A stretch of DNA of 64,000 nucleotides from Diplonema japonicum (Eukaryota; Protista; Euglenozoa: Diplonemea), in the NCBI GenBank assembly GCA_964019335.1, contig OZ025697.1, positions 1 through 64,000 of the forward strand, in the 5' to 3' direction. Below are positions 1 through 11,625 of the stretch, piece after piece. Each line of letters begins with the position of its first letter. The stretch's first letter is position 1. Made by a program: the position numbers and the translations under genes. The notes beneath the pieces were generated by a model that was not told where the DNA came from, made no database searches, and saw only the letters and a program-made list of their open reading frames with translations.

Positions 1-150
1 GAGAGCTTTACCACATGAGCATAATTTAAAATAAAAAAAAAATTAAAAAAAAAGGAGAACAACGAAAAAGTCTCCGGTAAAACCCCTTCTAGCACACCAT
101 ACACTCCTGCAGCTTTTGGATTGCCCTCTCCCTTCTTTTTTTTTTCTTCT

Positions 151-186
<36 letters not shown>

Positions 187-1194
187 TACATCTCGTTCTC
201 ATTGATTGGAAATAGAGAAGAATAAAAAAATAAAAACAGTTTGATGCACTAAAGGCAAACCGTGAATAAAAAAGAACAGCTTTACGCTTGAAGTCTTCTC
301 CTCTCTCCCATTTCCTCTTTCAATTCAATAATTGACCCTCGTTAAGAGTTCGCTTTGTAAGAACGATAGAATAGTTCAGAACAGGGCGAGAAAGTGAGAG
401 TGCCGCAACATAACGGAATATACACTTCATAAGTATGAAGAACAAACACGATTTGCTTCTTTTCGTATTTCTAAAGTAGCGCAGAGTTCCCACCCCGAAA
501 GGCGACATGAAATCATATGGGAAAGCTCAGTCTCTTCAACAAAAAGGGTGGTGGGTTGAAGGGTTGGTGGTGTGTTGTTCATGCAAAGTTTGGTTTTGTC
601 CTGCCTCGACTCTTTACCAAAAAAAAAAAAAAAAAATCACAAAATGGGGAAAAGTTAGCAAACGATCCCACCAAGAAGAATCGGTAATATTTCTTATTCT
701 CTCCCCCCCCCCCCCTTCTCTTATCTCGTAAGGAACATACGACGGCCACACCTTATTTAATTCTCTCTCTCCTTCCTTCTTTCAAGTCAACTAACTGGGG
801 CCATTGGAGAACACCGTCAGGAGGCCTGTGAGAGGAGTAAATACAGTAGGGTGACAGCCTCATTTCTTCTTTTTTGTTTCTCTTCTTCTTCTTTATAACG
901 AATAGCCTTTTTCCTAACAAGCTTCAAGAAAAAGTTAATATTTAGGTGTGTAGTGCTGCTCTGCCACTGGCCTTCGTTGGGGGCGATCATGAGATCAAGA
1001 GACGGAAAGGAGGGAAAGTAGTAACAGATGATTAAAAGGAATTTGGAAGGGGGGAAAAAAAGACTACGGAAAGGAACGAAGAAGGGGAAGGAAATAAGAG
1101 TGAGGGGGGGGGGGGGGGGGGGGGGGGGGAGAAAGAAAAAGAAAAAAAGAATCTTTTACTTAGGCGGCCAACACAACCTTGGAGGCTCGCCGAT

Positions 1195-2910
1195 TCACCA
1201 GCAGTCCAAACTGGCAGCCACTTCGTTACACCGATTAAGACGAAGTTCACCTGCTGAGAACACTGGGTGAACAAGGGGCTAACGTGAAACTGCTAAGAAA
1301 AAATAAGAAAAAGAATACGAAAAGAAGAGAAAGAACCTTTCCTGTCTATGTGCAAAAAAAGAGAACAAAGTTATGTTGTTACTACTTTCACCAAAAAAAA
1401 AAAATAAGAAGAAGAAAAAAAGAAAAGCCGAACTCCCTCTTTTTTTTTTGATTCGAAAAAAAAAAAAATCAGACTCTTGGTTACGATGAGCAGTTGCTTA
1501 AAAGGCATGCAAGGGGAAGGGAAAGAAGAGAGGGAAAAACGTAACAAAACAATTACAATACAGGGGTACGGGAGTGGTTCATACTTACGGGTCGGTGGGA
1601 CCAGACACCTCATTTCTGTAGCTGGAGGCCAAGATGCGCCAGTCCTAGCACGTGACACATGCTTTGGCCTACCGATACCGGTTAGGAGAAGAGGAAACGA
1701 GGGGGGAAGCTGTTGAGCTGTTCGGCTGCTTTGAAAACCTGCGCTCTGTGGGCTTCCACTCTCTGCCCGCCTTGATACTGGGCTCTGCGGACAGCAGTGA
1801 GATGTCACATGACACGGTTGCGACCTCCTTGCGCGGCGGGGCAGACTCCATGAGCTCTCGTATCAGCTGCTCCCGCCTCTCCCACTTGCTCCCGACGTCC
1901 CCCTGTGCATCCCCTTTACCGCCACGATCGCAGTGGAGCCCAGGCGGGGGTAGGGGCGGCTCTGGCGGATCCAACAACAACTCCCGCACAAGATTCCCCC
2001 TCCGCTCCGTGATGTCCTGCACCTTCTGCGACCTCTGCAGCACGCCGCTCACGCTCCCGAACTCCGTGTCCGGCGATGGCGATCTCTCAGGTGGTGGTGT
2101 GTGGTACATCGACGACATGTTCGAGCGCGTCTCACACGCAGAGTAGTAAAGCACATCACGCGACTCCATTTCCCTGATCTGGTCTGCCACTGCGTCCACG
2201 CTTGCTGACGCCTCTGCCAGCCTCTCGCACGACTCGGTGATCTCATCTGCGATCTCCATGTCGTGCGAGATCAGCGCATCCCACTGCTCGCGTGTCGTCA
2301 CGTCATGCGGCTTGATGGACCCCCACGAGTTCACACGGGGCGGCGAAAGGCTGCTGTCCCTGCTGGACGCCGCCATCATCGGGCTGATGGCCCTGCCAGG
2401 CCTCTTGAAGGTCTGCGACAGAGACGGCGACGACGGGGAACTCGTGTCGTCTTTCTGCACAGCTGGTTTCGTCTTTGCAGCAGGGCTGCCTTTCGAGAGC
2501 CTTTTCAAAGGAATCTTTTTTTTGGTTGGTGATCCTGCAGGAGTCGATCCCACCGATGCCCTGCCTAAGCTCTTCCTAGGACGGGGTGTGTCGTTGTCCT
2601 TTGCTGTGGCCGGGGTGCCCACGCTTGGCCTTTTCACCAGCTTGGCTGAGGAGATGTTCTTCAGGCTGACCCTGCTGACCGAGATCGTGTTGGTGGTGGT
2701 TGAAGTGACTGTGATCCTCCTGGCACGCGGGGAGATGATACTCTCACTTTTCATTGCCTTCACGCCCCTCGGTGACAGCATGGCCGGACCGTCGAGCTTT
2801 ACACCACGCCTGACACTGCTTCGCACTGGGCATCTCTCTAGTTCGCTCCTTTTGCTTTGAGTCGGCACCTTTCCATTTCCCAGCAGGTCCCGGCCTATGC
2901 TGCTTCGCAT
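1195..2910 (-). CDS. Hypothetical Ser/Pro/Lys-rich low-complexity protein, spliced (3 exons)
   Basis: ORF 1669..3033 read from ATG 2910 (MRSSIG). A GTATCG...CTAG intron and a GTAAGT...CCCAG intron give a terminus ...NEVAASLDCW*. No family recognised. Confidence 0.6.
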
Positions 2911-3546
2911 TACAAGTCCTGTTGTATTGGATGTCGCTGAGCAGGTTTGGAGAGAGAAAACCAATCGAAAGTATGGAGGGGGGAAAGGAGAAATATGGAG
3001 GGGGAAAAGGAGCAACAACATATGGGAGAACACGGAATCAGATCAACTGTTCAGTCCCTATCTGCCTTGTTCTCCAAAGAAGAGCAAAACAGAAAAGGAC
3101 ACGACTAATCGATAGTAACTTCAAAATGAATGAAATCACTTGCAATGATATTACAAGAAAATGCCATTTCTGGTTTTAAAAAAGAGGGGTGCGAAGGGCG
3201 TGTCATCTTTTGACCACCTAGTTTGCACTGTAAACTGAATGGAAGGGGGGGAATCGCTAAAGTATTTTTGTGGGGTATGGGTGGGATTGGATTTCGGCGT
3301 CGCGATCACATAAGAGAAGATCTCTAACCGGTACCAGCTTTGAGCCAACAAAAAAAAAAAGAGTCGGTTGTTTGTGCACAGCCCGGGAATAACCTGTACA
3401 AGGATAAACCCAACAATGCTACCGTTACTCTTTAGTACTAACAATTCATTATAAATATTGTTGTTCTTGTTCATGCAAAAAAAAAAAAAAATGAAACTGC
3501 AAACAATCAAGCCGGGTTGAAAATAAATCAAAACACTTAAAAAAAA

Positions 3547-4209
3547 TCAGAACAGCGCCAGAACAGCAAAGACTGACAGGAACAGGGAGGGCACGAGCTG
3601 CCCCGCTGACGCAAGCTCGCTGGTGGTTTCAAGGAAGGAAGCACACTTGACTTTCGCAGAGGCGATGGCACCACGCGCCTTCATTGACTTGATGAAGTCG
3701 GCAACAATGGGGGTTGTGATTGTGAGTCCTCCTAAGTTGCTTGCGTCTTTTGTGATCTCAGACGACAGCCTCTCGTGGATTGTTTGCGAGTAGGTGGACG
3801 TCGCATCGCTGATCCTTTGGCACTCCCCAAGCAGTGTCGGGCTGAAGCAGTGGCTGTTTGTTTTCTCGATCCTCGTGTCCGTGGACAGCCCCGCCTGGCA
3901 ATCCCCAACAGGCTTTGCGTTGGTGTCCTCAAAAGCACTCGACAAATGCGTCCTCAACCTCGATGCCTGCTCGGCAGTGATGCTGCCCTTCTCACCTGCG
4001 ATCAACAAGAACAGATCAGCATTCTTCCCCATACTGTTCACCATGTCCGTTACCTCTGCGTTCGCAGCGTTGCACTCGTCACGCGATTCGATGTCGTTGC
4101 AGGTCACTGTGTCGTAGTAGGCACAGTTCTTATCCACGCATCTCACAGGGCAGTAACACACAGAAGACACGTAATTGACGAGCAGCAGCAGGCAAAAAAA
4201 AGACTTCAT
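3547..4209 (-). CDS. Secreted, probably GPI-anchored Cys-rich surface protein (paralogue B)
   Basis: Signal peptide MKSFFCLLLLVNYVSS and a hydrophobic C-terminus. Shares CxDIExRDEC, EVTDMVNSxGxNADL and SHCFSPTLL with 4362..5024. Confidence 0.8.
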   Translation of the reverse strand: MKSFFCLLLLVNYVSSVCYCPVRCVDKNCAYYDTVTCNDIESRDECNAANAEVTDMVNSMGKNADLFLLIAGEKGSITAEQASRLRTHLSSAFEDTNAKPVGDCQAGLSTDTRIEKTNSHCFSPTLLGECQRISDATSTYSQTIHERLSSEITKDASNLGGLTITTPIVADFIKSMKARGAIASAKVKCASFLETTSELASAGQLVPSLFLSVFAVLALF

Positions 4210-4361
4210 TTTTAAAAACAAGAGAGGAAATCCTAAGCAAAAAAAAAACCTCGATAAAACTTCAGTGTGCATGGGGGTGCTCACTGTTCAGGAAGAAAAA
4301 AACAACAATCCCAACGGAAAAACAATGAAGAGAATAATGCCGTTTACGGCCCCCGAAACTC

Positions 4362-5024
4362 CTAAAGCACGTAGATAACAAGCAGTACAAAAACTGCTGC
4401 GGTGTAAGAAACGGAAGATGAGGCGTTGATCTCGGCTGTCGTCTGCTCGTAGGACTCACACCTAATATTCGCCGTCGTCCTGTTGGTGCGGAGCTCCATA
4501 GCGGAGACAAAGTCGGCCACCTTTGGGGTGGAAAGCGTGAGGCCTGTGGTGCTTGAGTCCAATGCTGCGTCAATTTTATCACCGAGGACCTTGGGAATAT
4601 TAGTTGTGTAGAGGTCAATCGCGCTGCGGATTAGGTCACACTGATGCAGCAGGGTGGGGCTGAAGCAGTGACTCTTAGTCCCCTTGATGAGCGAATTGGT
4701 AGCTAAACCAACAGCACAGTCTCCCACAGGCTTCCCAAGCTCCAACGCATCAGACAAGAACGTCCTCAGCCTTGATGACTGCATCTCTGTGAACAAATTT
4801 GCCCTCCTTGCCACCCTTAGGTACAAGTCAGCATTCACTCCAATACTATTCACCATGTCAGTCACCTCCTTGTTGGCCTCCAAGCACTCATCACGAGCCT
4901 CGATGTCGTCACACAAGACCCTCTCCCCAGCAGAAGAGTACCTTCCTCCACCCCTTTGGTAGCAGAAGCATACGCTCTCCACACTTCCAATCAGCAGGAA
5001 CACTCCAAAAAGACGGGACAGCAT
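4362..5024 (-). CDS. Secreted, probably GPI-anchored Cys-rich surface protein (paralogue A)
   Basis: Signal peptide MLSRLFGVFLLIGSVES and a C-terminal hydrophobic tail after a small-residue site. Tandem paralogue of 3547..4209. Confidence 0.8.
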   Translation of the reverse strand: MLSRLFGVFLLIGSVESVCFCYQRGGGRYSSAGERVLCDDIEARDECLEANKEVTDMVNSIGVNADLYLRVARRANLFTEMQSSRLRTFLSDALELGKPVGDCAVGLATNSLIKGTKSHCFSPTLLHQCDLIRSAIDLYTTNIPKVLGDKIDAALDSSTTGLTLSTPKVADFVSAMELRTNRTTANIRCESYEQTTAEINASSSVSYTAAVFVLLVIYVL

Positions 5025-5303
5025 GGTATGTATCCTATGTATCAATCAACGCAACACAAAAAGAAAAAAAAGGAAAACAAAAAGGGCCATGAGCTATAGC
5101 TTTATCTACACCTCAGCCCTCTTTCTCTGTGGTGTTTGATCTCTGATTTTTCACGTTTCTTCTTCTTCGGAGTTGACTACACCCTGTATAGAGATCACTA
5201 TACGCTTGGCATCCTTCAAAGGGATGACCTACGCCACAAGAACTGGCATACAAGCAAGACAGGAGGATAGAGGCAACATGCCAAGTGGACGTCTCATTGA
5301 TGC

Positions 5304-6242
5304 TTAAGTCGGCGGTGGCGGCGGTGGGAGAGCTGTAAGGTGGCCTATGCACCATGACACAGATAGTGCTAATACTAACAATATCAGCCTTTTGTAGCGA
5401 GCAACAGAAGCGCGGCTTGTATGGGACACAGCAACTTGAGGGGGGGTCGAAATGGATACGGCAGTGTGGTCTCGCTCCCTTTCACGGTGGTGATGAGTGT
5501 GTCGCGATGCTAGGGGCTGCACGTCGGCCTTTTCTATTTTGTCAAGTCTATCATTCCAGGAATCCAGCTCGTGGATCTCCACCCCGAGAGGAGTCCCTGC
5601 AGGCTGCGTAGTAGGAGTTGCTATCGGGGTGTAAAAGGAGTGGTGCGCAGAGCCTTCCGCACTGCTCACAGATGCTGCAGTAGGGGATGTGTATTCTATT
5701 TTTTCGGATTTCAACAAAGGCAGAGGTGGAAGTATCGGTACGCCCTCGTTGTCGCATTGCTTGGCGGACAACAGGAACCTTCTATGGCCTTCCTTCATCT
5801 CCCTGTTTAGCACGGTCTCAACTGTCTTCTTCAGAAGCCACGGGATGGACGAGAGTTCAAATGAGTAGGTCACAGTGCACTGAACGAGAGTACTGTGTTC
5901 CCCTTGCGTGATGACGTACTTTGCGCAGCACTTTGTCGCTTCAGCCAAAGCGCTCCCTTCGTTCACCGCATTGCCTTCCACTATCCACGTGTTCTTATCT
6001 TTCACTGCTGTCTCAAAGGCTCTCACAGTAATGGCGGGCATTCGTATCAAGTTGTTCGGCGGTAGCACGTAGTGTAAGGACCGCTCGTATCCCCGCCCGT
6101 TGCACTCCCAATCCCGCTCCACCTTGGAGTGCATATGCTTCTCTTCCTCATGGAACTTCCGAAACACCACCTCCCCGAACAACAGGGCAAAGGTCGCATC
6201 GACGCCCCTCCTGTACTCCTCGGACACCTCTGTTACAGGCAT
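5304..6242 (-). CDS. VASt/StART-like lipid-transfer domain protein with C-terminal TM
   Basis: N-terminal ~165 aa fit a VASt pattern (F.LLF...F..FH, W..R.L.Y, WLLKK.VE). TM segment LILLVLALSVSW near the end. Confidence 0.65.
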   Translation of the reverse strand: MPVTEVSEEYRRGVDATFALLFGEVVFRKFHEEEKHMHSKVERDWECNGRGYERSLHYVLPPNNLIRMPAITVRAFETAVKDKNTWIVEGNAVNEGSALAEATKCCAKYVITQGEHSTLVQCTVTYSFELSSIPWLLKKTVETVLNREMKEGHRRFLLSAKQCDNEGVPILPPLPLLKSEKIEYTSPTAASVSSAEGSAHHSFYTPIATPTTQPAGTPLGVEIHELDSWNDRLDKIEKADVQPLASRHTHHHRERERDHTAVSISTPPQVAVSHTSRASVARYKRLILLVLALSVSWCIGHLTALPPPPPPT

Positions 6243-6408
6243 CTTCCTAGTTTGCAAGGTGACGGGAAGGGAACAAAATAAAAACGCTTTCAAAAGCAAA
6301 CCTAAGAACCCTTATTCTTCTTTTTTTTATTTTTCCTCCACTCAAACAAAAAAAATACGTTGTGTCTCATCGCTAATAGTTAGATGCGGCGACACTTTTT
6401 CGAGCCAT

Positions 6409-7964
6409 TTAGTTGAACATTCCTGCATATGCTTTCTTTTCCTTGTCAGCAATCTTTTTGTACGCCTGTCGTGCTTGAAGGGGTTAACAGGCATACCACT
6501 TTGAGCTCCTGCAAGGAGGAGGCAACAGACTTGGGATCAACCTCGTGCACTGCTTCAAGGTCAGCCTTAGCTGCGTCCAAGTCCCCCATGGCAAGGAGTG
6601 CCTGCCCCCTTCGGAACATGGCCTTGGTATTGGTTTTGTCATGTGCAAGGGCTTCTGAAGCGTACTCCGCAGCGCCTTGCCAATCCTGCAGCTTCAAGCG
6701 TGCCTGTTCGTGTGCGCTAAGAGATTGCGCATACCTGAGCAAGGTTGTTGTTCACTACGGCGTTAAGAGCCTTCCCCTCCTTGTCGTCCTCTGCGGTCTT
6801 GGCACGCAGCTTGCCCGACTTCTTCATGAAGTTCTCTGTAATCTTGCTCATCTGGTTGGTAATGGTGTTTTGTTGTTATGTACTTACCTGGTCGTCTCCC
6901 TCGGAATCAACAATGCACTTCAAGTACACTTTAGCCTTCTTGTACTCTAGGCTTGCCTTCTTGTACTCTCCCTTCTTGAGGGACCCGTTGCCTGCTTCCT
7001 TGTGTGCCGCAGCGAGTGCGATCTTTTCTTTGAAGGTCTTCTCCCTCGGTGGCATGAAGGAGTCAAGATACTCTAACACCTTGGGGTAAGCCACCCCACT
7101 TGTCCACACGTGGTCTGGATGCCCAGCACTCACGCACTCAACACCATGTTCAGATGGCACTTGCGCGTTAAGGGGCTCAGGACTCTTCACCCAGTTGCGG
7201 CACTTTTCTTTCAGGAACTTCAACACCTCGTCAGAGGGTTCCATGAAAGCTTCCGGCACAACTTTCTTAAGCTCCTCTCGGGCTTTCTGCTGTGCACGCT
7301 TCTTCTCAGGCTTTTCTGCTTTCTCGATATCAGCCTCCGTTGGGACTTTCATCTTTAGCTTGTGCACCGAATCAGTGAATGCCACAGCCTTGATCCTGTT
7401 CATGACTTCAGGGCCGCACGTCTTCAAATAGTGCAACGTGGACCAGCCACCGTACGAATGTGCCACTATCAGGATCTGCGCCTTTGAAGGAATCACCATC
7501 TTGTTGAGCAATCTTTTGACGTGCAGTTCAGCACACTCGTTGCCCTCTGCCACAGTGTTGGGGTTGGCAACGACCACACCCCAGTTGCGGTCTGCTGCCG
7601 AGGCCAAATAGGGGAAAATGGTTCCCTCATGCAGACTGTTGTTGATACAAAGGCTCCTGGCCCACATCCCCGGGGTCACGGCACCACTTCCTTGTATCAC
7701 AACCATCACTGTCGGGGCATCTAGGTCCTTCACGAAGATAGGTACCTCCTTTTCGCCCTCGCTCAAGTTGTACCTCTTGCAACCGTACTTGCCCTCCAAC
7801 TCCTGGTACAGGTACGCCGTTACTGCATCGCCCAACCTGTCATAGTCTTCCTGTCCCTTCCACTCAAACCCCTTGTCAGACCCCGCTTGCTTCAGCGTGT
7901 AATCAGCCTCCCGAGCTTTGCCGACGCGCACATACTCATATCCTGCAGCCTTAAGATCCTCCAT
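6409..7964 (-). CDS. FAM172A/Arb2-type alpha/beta-hydrolase-fold protein fused to a C-terminal immunophilin-type TPR domain
   Basis: Motifs IQGSGAV.PG.WARSLCIN, V.NPN, AHSYGG, AFTDSVH, NWV.S and SAGH..H.WTS. Introns 6852-6887, 6704-6734 and 6466-6496 join this to three TPRs ending EKKAYAGMFN*. Confidence 0.85.
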
Positions 7965-8148
7965 TTCCTGAAGATGATAAAAGGGTGTGAAAGAGAACAA
8001 TAATAATACCAAGCTGCCTAACTGCAAGAATATTCTCGCCCGTAGGATGAAGTGCTTTACAACAATACTAATGAGGATGGTTCCTCAAAAAAAAAAAAGA
8101 ATAAACGGAACTGAAATAAATGAGACTAAATCGCAGACTCACGCATAA

Positions 8149-9687
8149 CTATTTCTCAGGCTCCGCCACGGACCACAACATGTCGGCGGGCTTTGTGGCG
8201 TTAGCTTCTTTATACAACTTTTTGTGGATGATGTGCTGCATGAGAGGTGAGTTGTCTGTTGTACAAAAGTTACCTAACACAACCTTGTTGACCGTCTTCC
8301 TGAAGCCTACCCTCCCGAACTCAAACCAAGGAGGCACATATTGCTTGTTCTTCAGCTTGTTCACAAGAAGCATCACATTCTTCGGTAACGGCTTCAGCTT
8401 TTTAACTGCTCCCATGACGTACACGTGTCCCCGATCCTGTTTCGAGCGCATCGTCAGCAGCCTCTTCGGCGCTTCTTCCTGTAGCCGCTCTGTCTCCCTT
8501 TCACGCTCCCTTTCGTGGCTGTCGTACTTGGCTTTCATCTTCTTTTCGAACGCCACCTTGGCACGCTTATTGATGTCGGTCAGCTCTCCTTTGAGCTCAG
8601 TAATTTCTTTCCCCACCTCGTCCTTTTTGCCTTCCTGTGGCTTCATGCTACCTCGTCTGCCTTGCGCGTGATTCTTGCGGACGAACACACGCTTGCTCAC
8701 TTGCTTGGCAAGGGTAGGGGGCGCTGGGAGCAGCTCGTCTGTGACACTGAAAGGTGCAGCCTGCTGGGACACAGGGGCAGGAGCAGGGGGCACTGGAGAA
8801 TGCACTATCGTTGTCGTAGTGTCTTCATACCCACCGTAAGCGACGGTCCAGTTGTCGATGTCCGTCCTTTGCACGCCTGACGTCCAGTAGGTGATGAAGC
8901 CCAGCACCTCCTGTTTCAGGGAGGGCGGGAGGATGTGCGGCGTCGACTTCTCCAACGCGAAGCACGCTGCCTGCGCAATGAAGTCGGGGTAGTTGAGGTG
9001 GTATATGTCCTGCAGGGCTGCGGGCTTGATCTTGTTCATCTTGCGCACGACGATGAGATAGTTGTCGGAGATCCTGCCGTAAAGCTCATGCTCCTCCATC
9101 TCGACCAGCTCTTCTCTGTCGTCGACAGGAAGGCGGCGGAAGTGGGAGCTCGAGCTCATCTTGGATGACGAAGAGACCACTGAGCTGGCAAGGGGGGAGG
9201 GTACCGTGTCGGCACGCGTCCCTCGTGGAGAGCTGCAAGTGCTGATGGAGTCGAAGGGGAGACCATGCTGCCGGGTGCCTGGGGCGGATATCTTCTCAAG
9301 GAGAGAAAGAGAGCGAGATGCAGGTGGGTCTTTGAAGGAGTACATGTGCAAGGGCAGCACCGGGGTCTTCTCTTGGAACTCCCTGATAATGACAGGGGCA
9401 CGCATGTCGCGGGCCTCCTCTGGGTTGTGGTTCATGAGAAACCGCAAGAACACCCACCAGTAAAAATCCCTGAGTATGTCAAGTGACACGTCATCGAGAA
9501 GCAGCTGAGCAAACCCCGACCGTGGGCACTTCCCTGCTGACATTATCATGTGGCGCATCACCCCCTTCAGGTCCAGGATAGCTCCATTTACCATCATCAG
9601 TGGAACGTCGCGGGGCCCTGCCTCATCAAAGGGTTTGTACTCCAGAGAGTTCTTTTTCTCGTCCCCATCACTGTCAATCTCCTCCAT
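8149..9687 (-). CDS. FAM227-like (FWWh domain) protein
   Basis: Motifs LRDFYWW.FL, LYGRISDNY, YPDFIAQA and I.YWTSG. ATG follows ...CACACAG|GCG. Confidence 0.7.
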   Translation of the reverse strand: MEEIDSDGDEKKNSLEYKPFDEAGPRDVPLMMVNGAILDLKGVMRHMIMSAGKCPRSGFAQLLLDDVSLDILRDFYWWVFLRFLMNHNPEEARDMRAPVIIREFQEKTPVLPLHMYSFKDPPASRSLSLLEKISAPGTRQHGLPFDSISTCSSPRGTRADTVPSPLASSVVSSSSKMSSSSHFRRLPVDDREELVEMEEHELYGRISDNYLIVVRKMNKIKPAALQDIYHLNYPDFIAQAACFALEKSTPHILPPSLKQEVLGFITYWTSGVQRTDIDNWTVAYGGYEDTTTTIVHSPVPPAPAPVSQQAAPFSVTDELLPAPPTLAKQVSKRVFVRKNHAQGRRGSMKPQEGKKDEVGKEITELKGELTDINKRAKVAFEKKMKAKYDSHERERERETERLQEEAPKRLLTMRSKQDRGHVYVMGAVKKLKPLPKNVMLLVNKLKNKQYVPPWFEFGRVGFRKTVNKVVLGNFCTTDNSPLMQHIIHKKLYKEANATKPADMLWSVAEPEK

Positions 9688-11625
9688 CGCCTGTGTGGGT
9701 GGTAGAGAGGAAAGAATCAATAAATAACCATTGAGGGGGGAAGAGGGGCAGGGGGGAGGCGGGAGGAGGGGGAGGGTCAATCGCCTGTTAAAAAGCGGAA
9801 CAATGCATATTCTGGTTTAGGGCATCCCGACACCACTGTGCGTAGTGGCATTTCTGTGTCATCCGGGCGCAGAAACCGGTCTGGAGAGTAAACAGCAACA
9901 TAAAAAAAACCATTGCCGGCGGAAGGAAAATAGCAGAAGCCAAAGAACCATTCAGGGAAGTGTGCACCCGACTGCCACCGCAAACCGGCAGCATGCCTTC
10001 TCGTTGGTGTTGAGTTTGGAAAACTTTATACATTTTACTTTTTTCTTGCATCTTCTTGCTATCTTGGCACTCTTGCACGGTCACGGCTTTTGTCAATTTT
10101 CTCGATGAATGAAAAAAAAGGAAGTAGTAGGGAAGGGGGTGAAATGAAAAAGGGGGGTAAACAAAAAGAATATAACAACAACCCACATCCCTCAAGAAAG
10201 AGAGCAGAGGGAACACAAGCTAACAAATAAAAAATATTATGTAGAATGAATTTCTTAGAGCAACAACAAAAGATATCCTCCCCCCCCTCCAATAAAAAAG
10301 ATTCGTCTCTTTGGTGGATCAGTATTACACATAAGTAGAAAGAGTTTTTAAAAAAAACTAAGAAACCATGCTCTCCTTATTTGATTCTCTCAGGGAGGGA
10401 CATGCTTTTTTTTTTTTCTCGGGACTTTACCCCTTTTTTTCCCTCCTAGTCCAAGTTAGCAAAAAAAAATAAAGGCGATGTTGAAGGGCAAATCCCACTT
10501 GAGGACCACCCTCAAAAAAAAATCTGAGTAAAAAAAAAAAAATATATGAGTTAAAGGAGGCCGGTGTTGGCGGCGCCCTTGAAAAAAAAAAAAAGACGGG
10601 AAAAAAAAAGACATTTAAGGGTACCTGCGGTATGTGGCAGGACGCCTGGAAAAAAAAAAGAACCTTTAAAACTCGGCAGTAAAAAACCAGGGGGAAAAAA
10701 AGTTTAAACATTTGAAGAAAATTTAAAAAAAAAAAAAACATAGATAAATAATACATTTCACTTTTTATTTCTTTATCACCCCCCCCCCCCATCGTTAGAG
10801 ACTTCATCTTCATTATAATTGTGTTCATTTGTCTTGTTTTGTTTTGTTTTTTTTGTTTTGTATTGTTTTTCTCCTTTTATATTCTTGTTGCCTCGTCACC
10901 AAGGAGCGTTTCAGAAGCGAACCCTCAAGAGCTATCAGTCTACCATAGAAAGCGATTCTAAGACCTGAAACACTCCCGATTTACTCCAAAAAATCATTCG
11001 CACGCTTTTGATCCCCCCCCCCCCCCCCCCTCGAAAGTACATAGCAGCATGCTGCGTGCTCAGCAAAAAAGAGTCGATTTCTTAGCATTTGTTTGTGGAT
11101 TTTGGTATAAATCCTAGGACACATACTTGCTACCACTACTCTTTTCTTTTTTTTTTCCCTCTCTCTTTTTTTTGCTCTTAACAAGAAACTGAGCAGTACT
11201 TGTTAAATACAATAAATAAAATGAATAATCCCAGCTCACAAGCACACCCCCTTTTTTTTTTCGTTTTTTTCTTTTTTTTTTCATTTTTTTCTTTTTTTAA
11301 AGATAGAAAATAGGGAAACATATAAAGGGGTTATACCCTACCGCAGCTTTTGACTCACTTAATTTAATATGAGACGAAAAAAAAAAATTCTTTTCACTTT
11401 TTTTTTTAAATCCACGTACGGTTAGTGTTTTACTCTACTTTACTAATTTACTTTTTTTCTTTTCTTTTCTTTTTTTTGTTCCTTTTGTCTGTTTACAATA
11501 GAAATTGGATGGAGCTGAGGGGTGTGTGTGTATGTGGGCAATAATACAAATAATTCTTCTTACGATCATAGTTTTGGTACTTTTTTCTTCGACCAAACAT
11601 GAAACAAGTGGTAGGACGGGGGGGG

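Noticed and set aside
1-25. tRNA D-arm-like GCTCATGTGGTAAAGC on the minus strand
   Set aside because: Truncated by the window edge, so it cannot be evaluated.
9777-10216. Possible small gene or ncRNA upstream of FAM227
   Set aside because: No recognisable domain, splice model or RNA motif could be supported.
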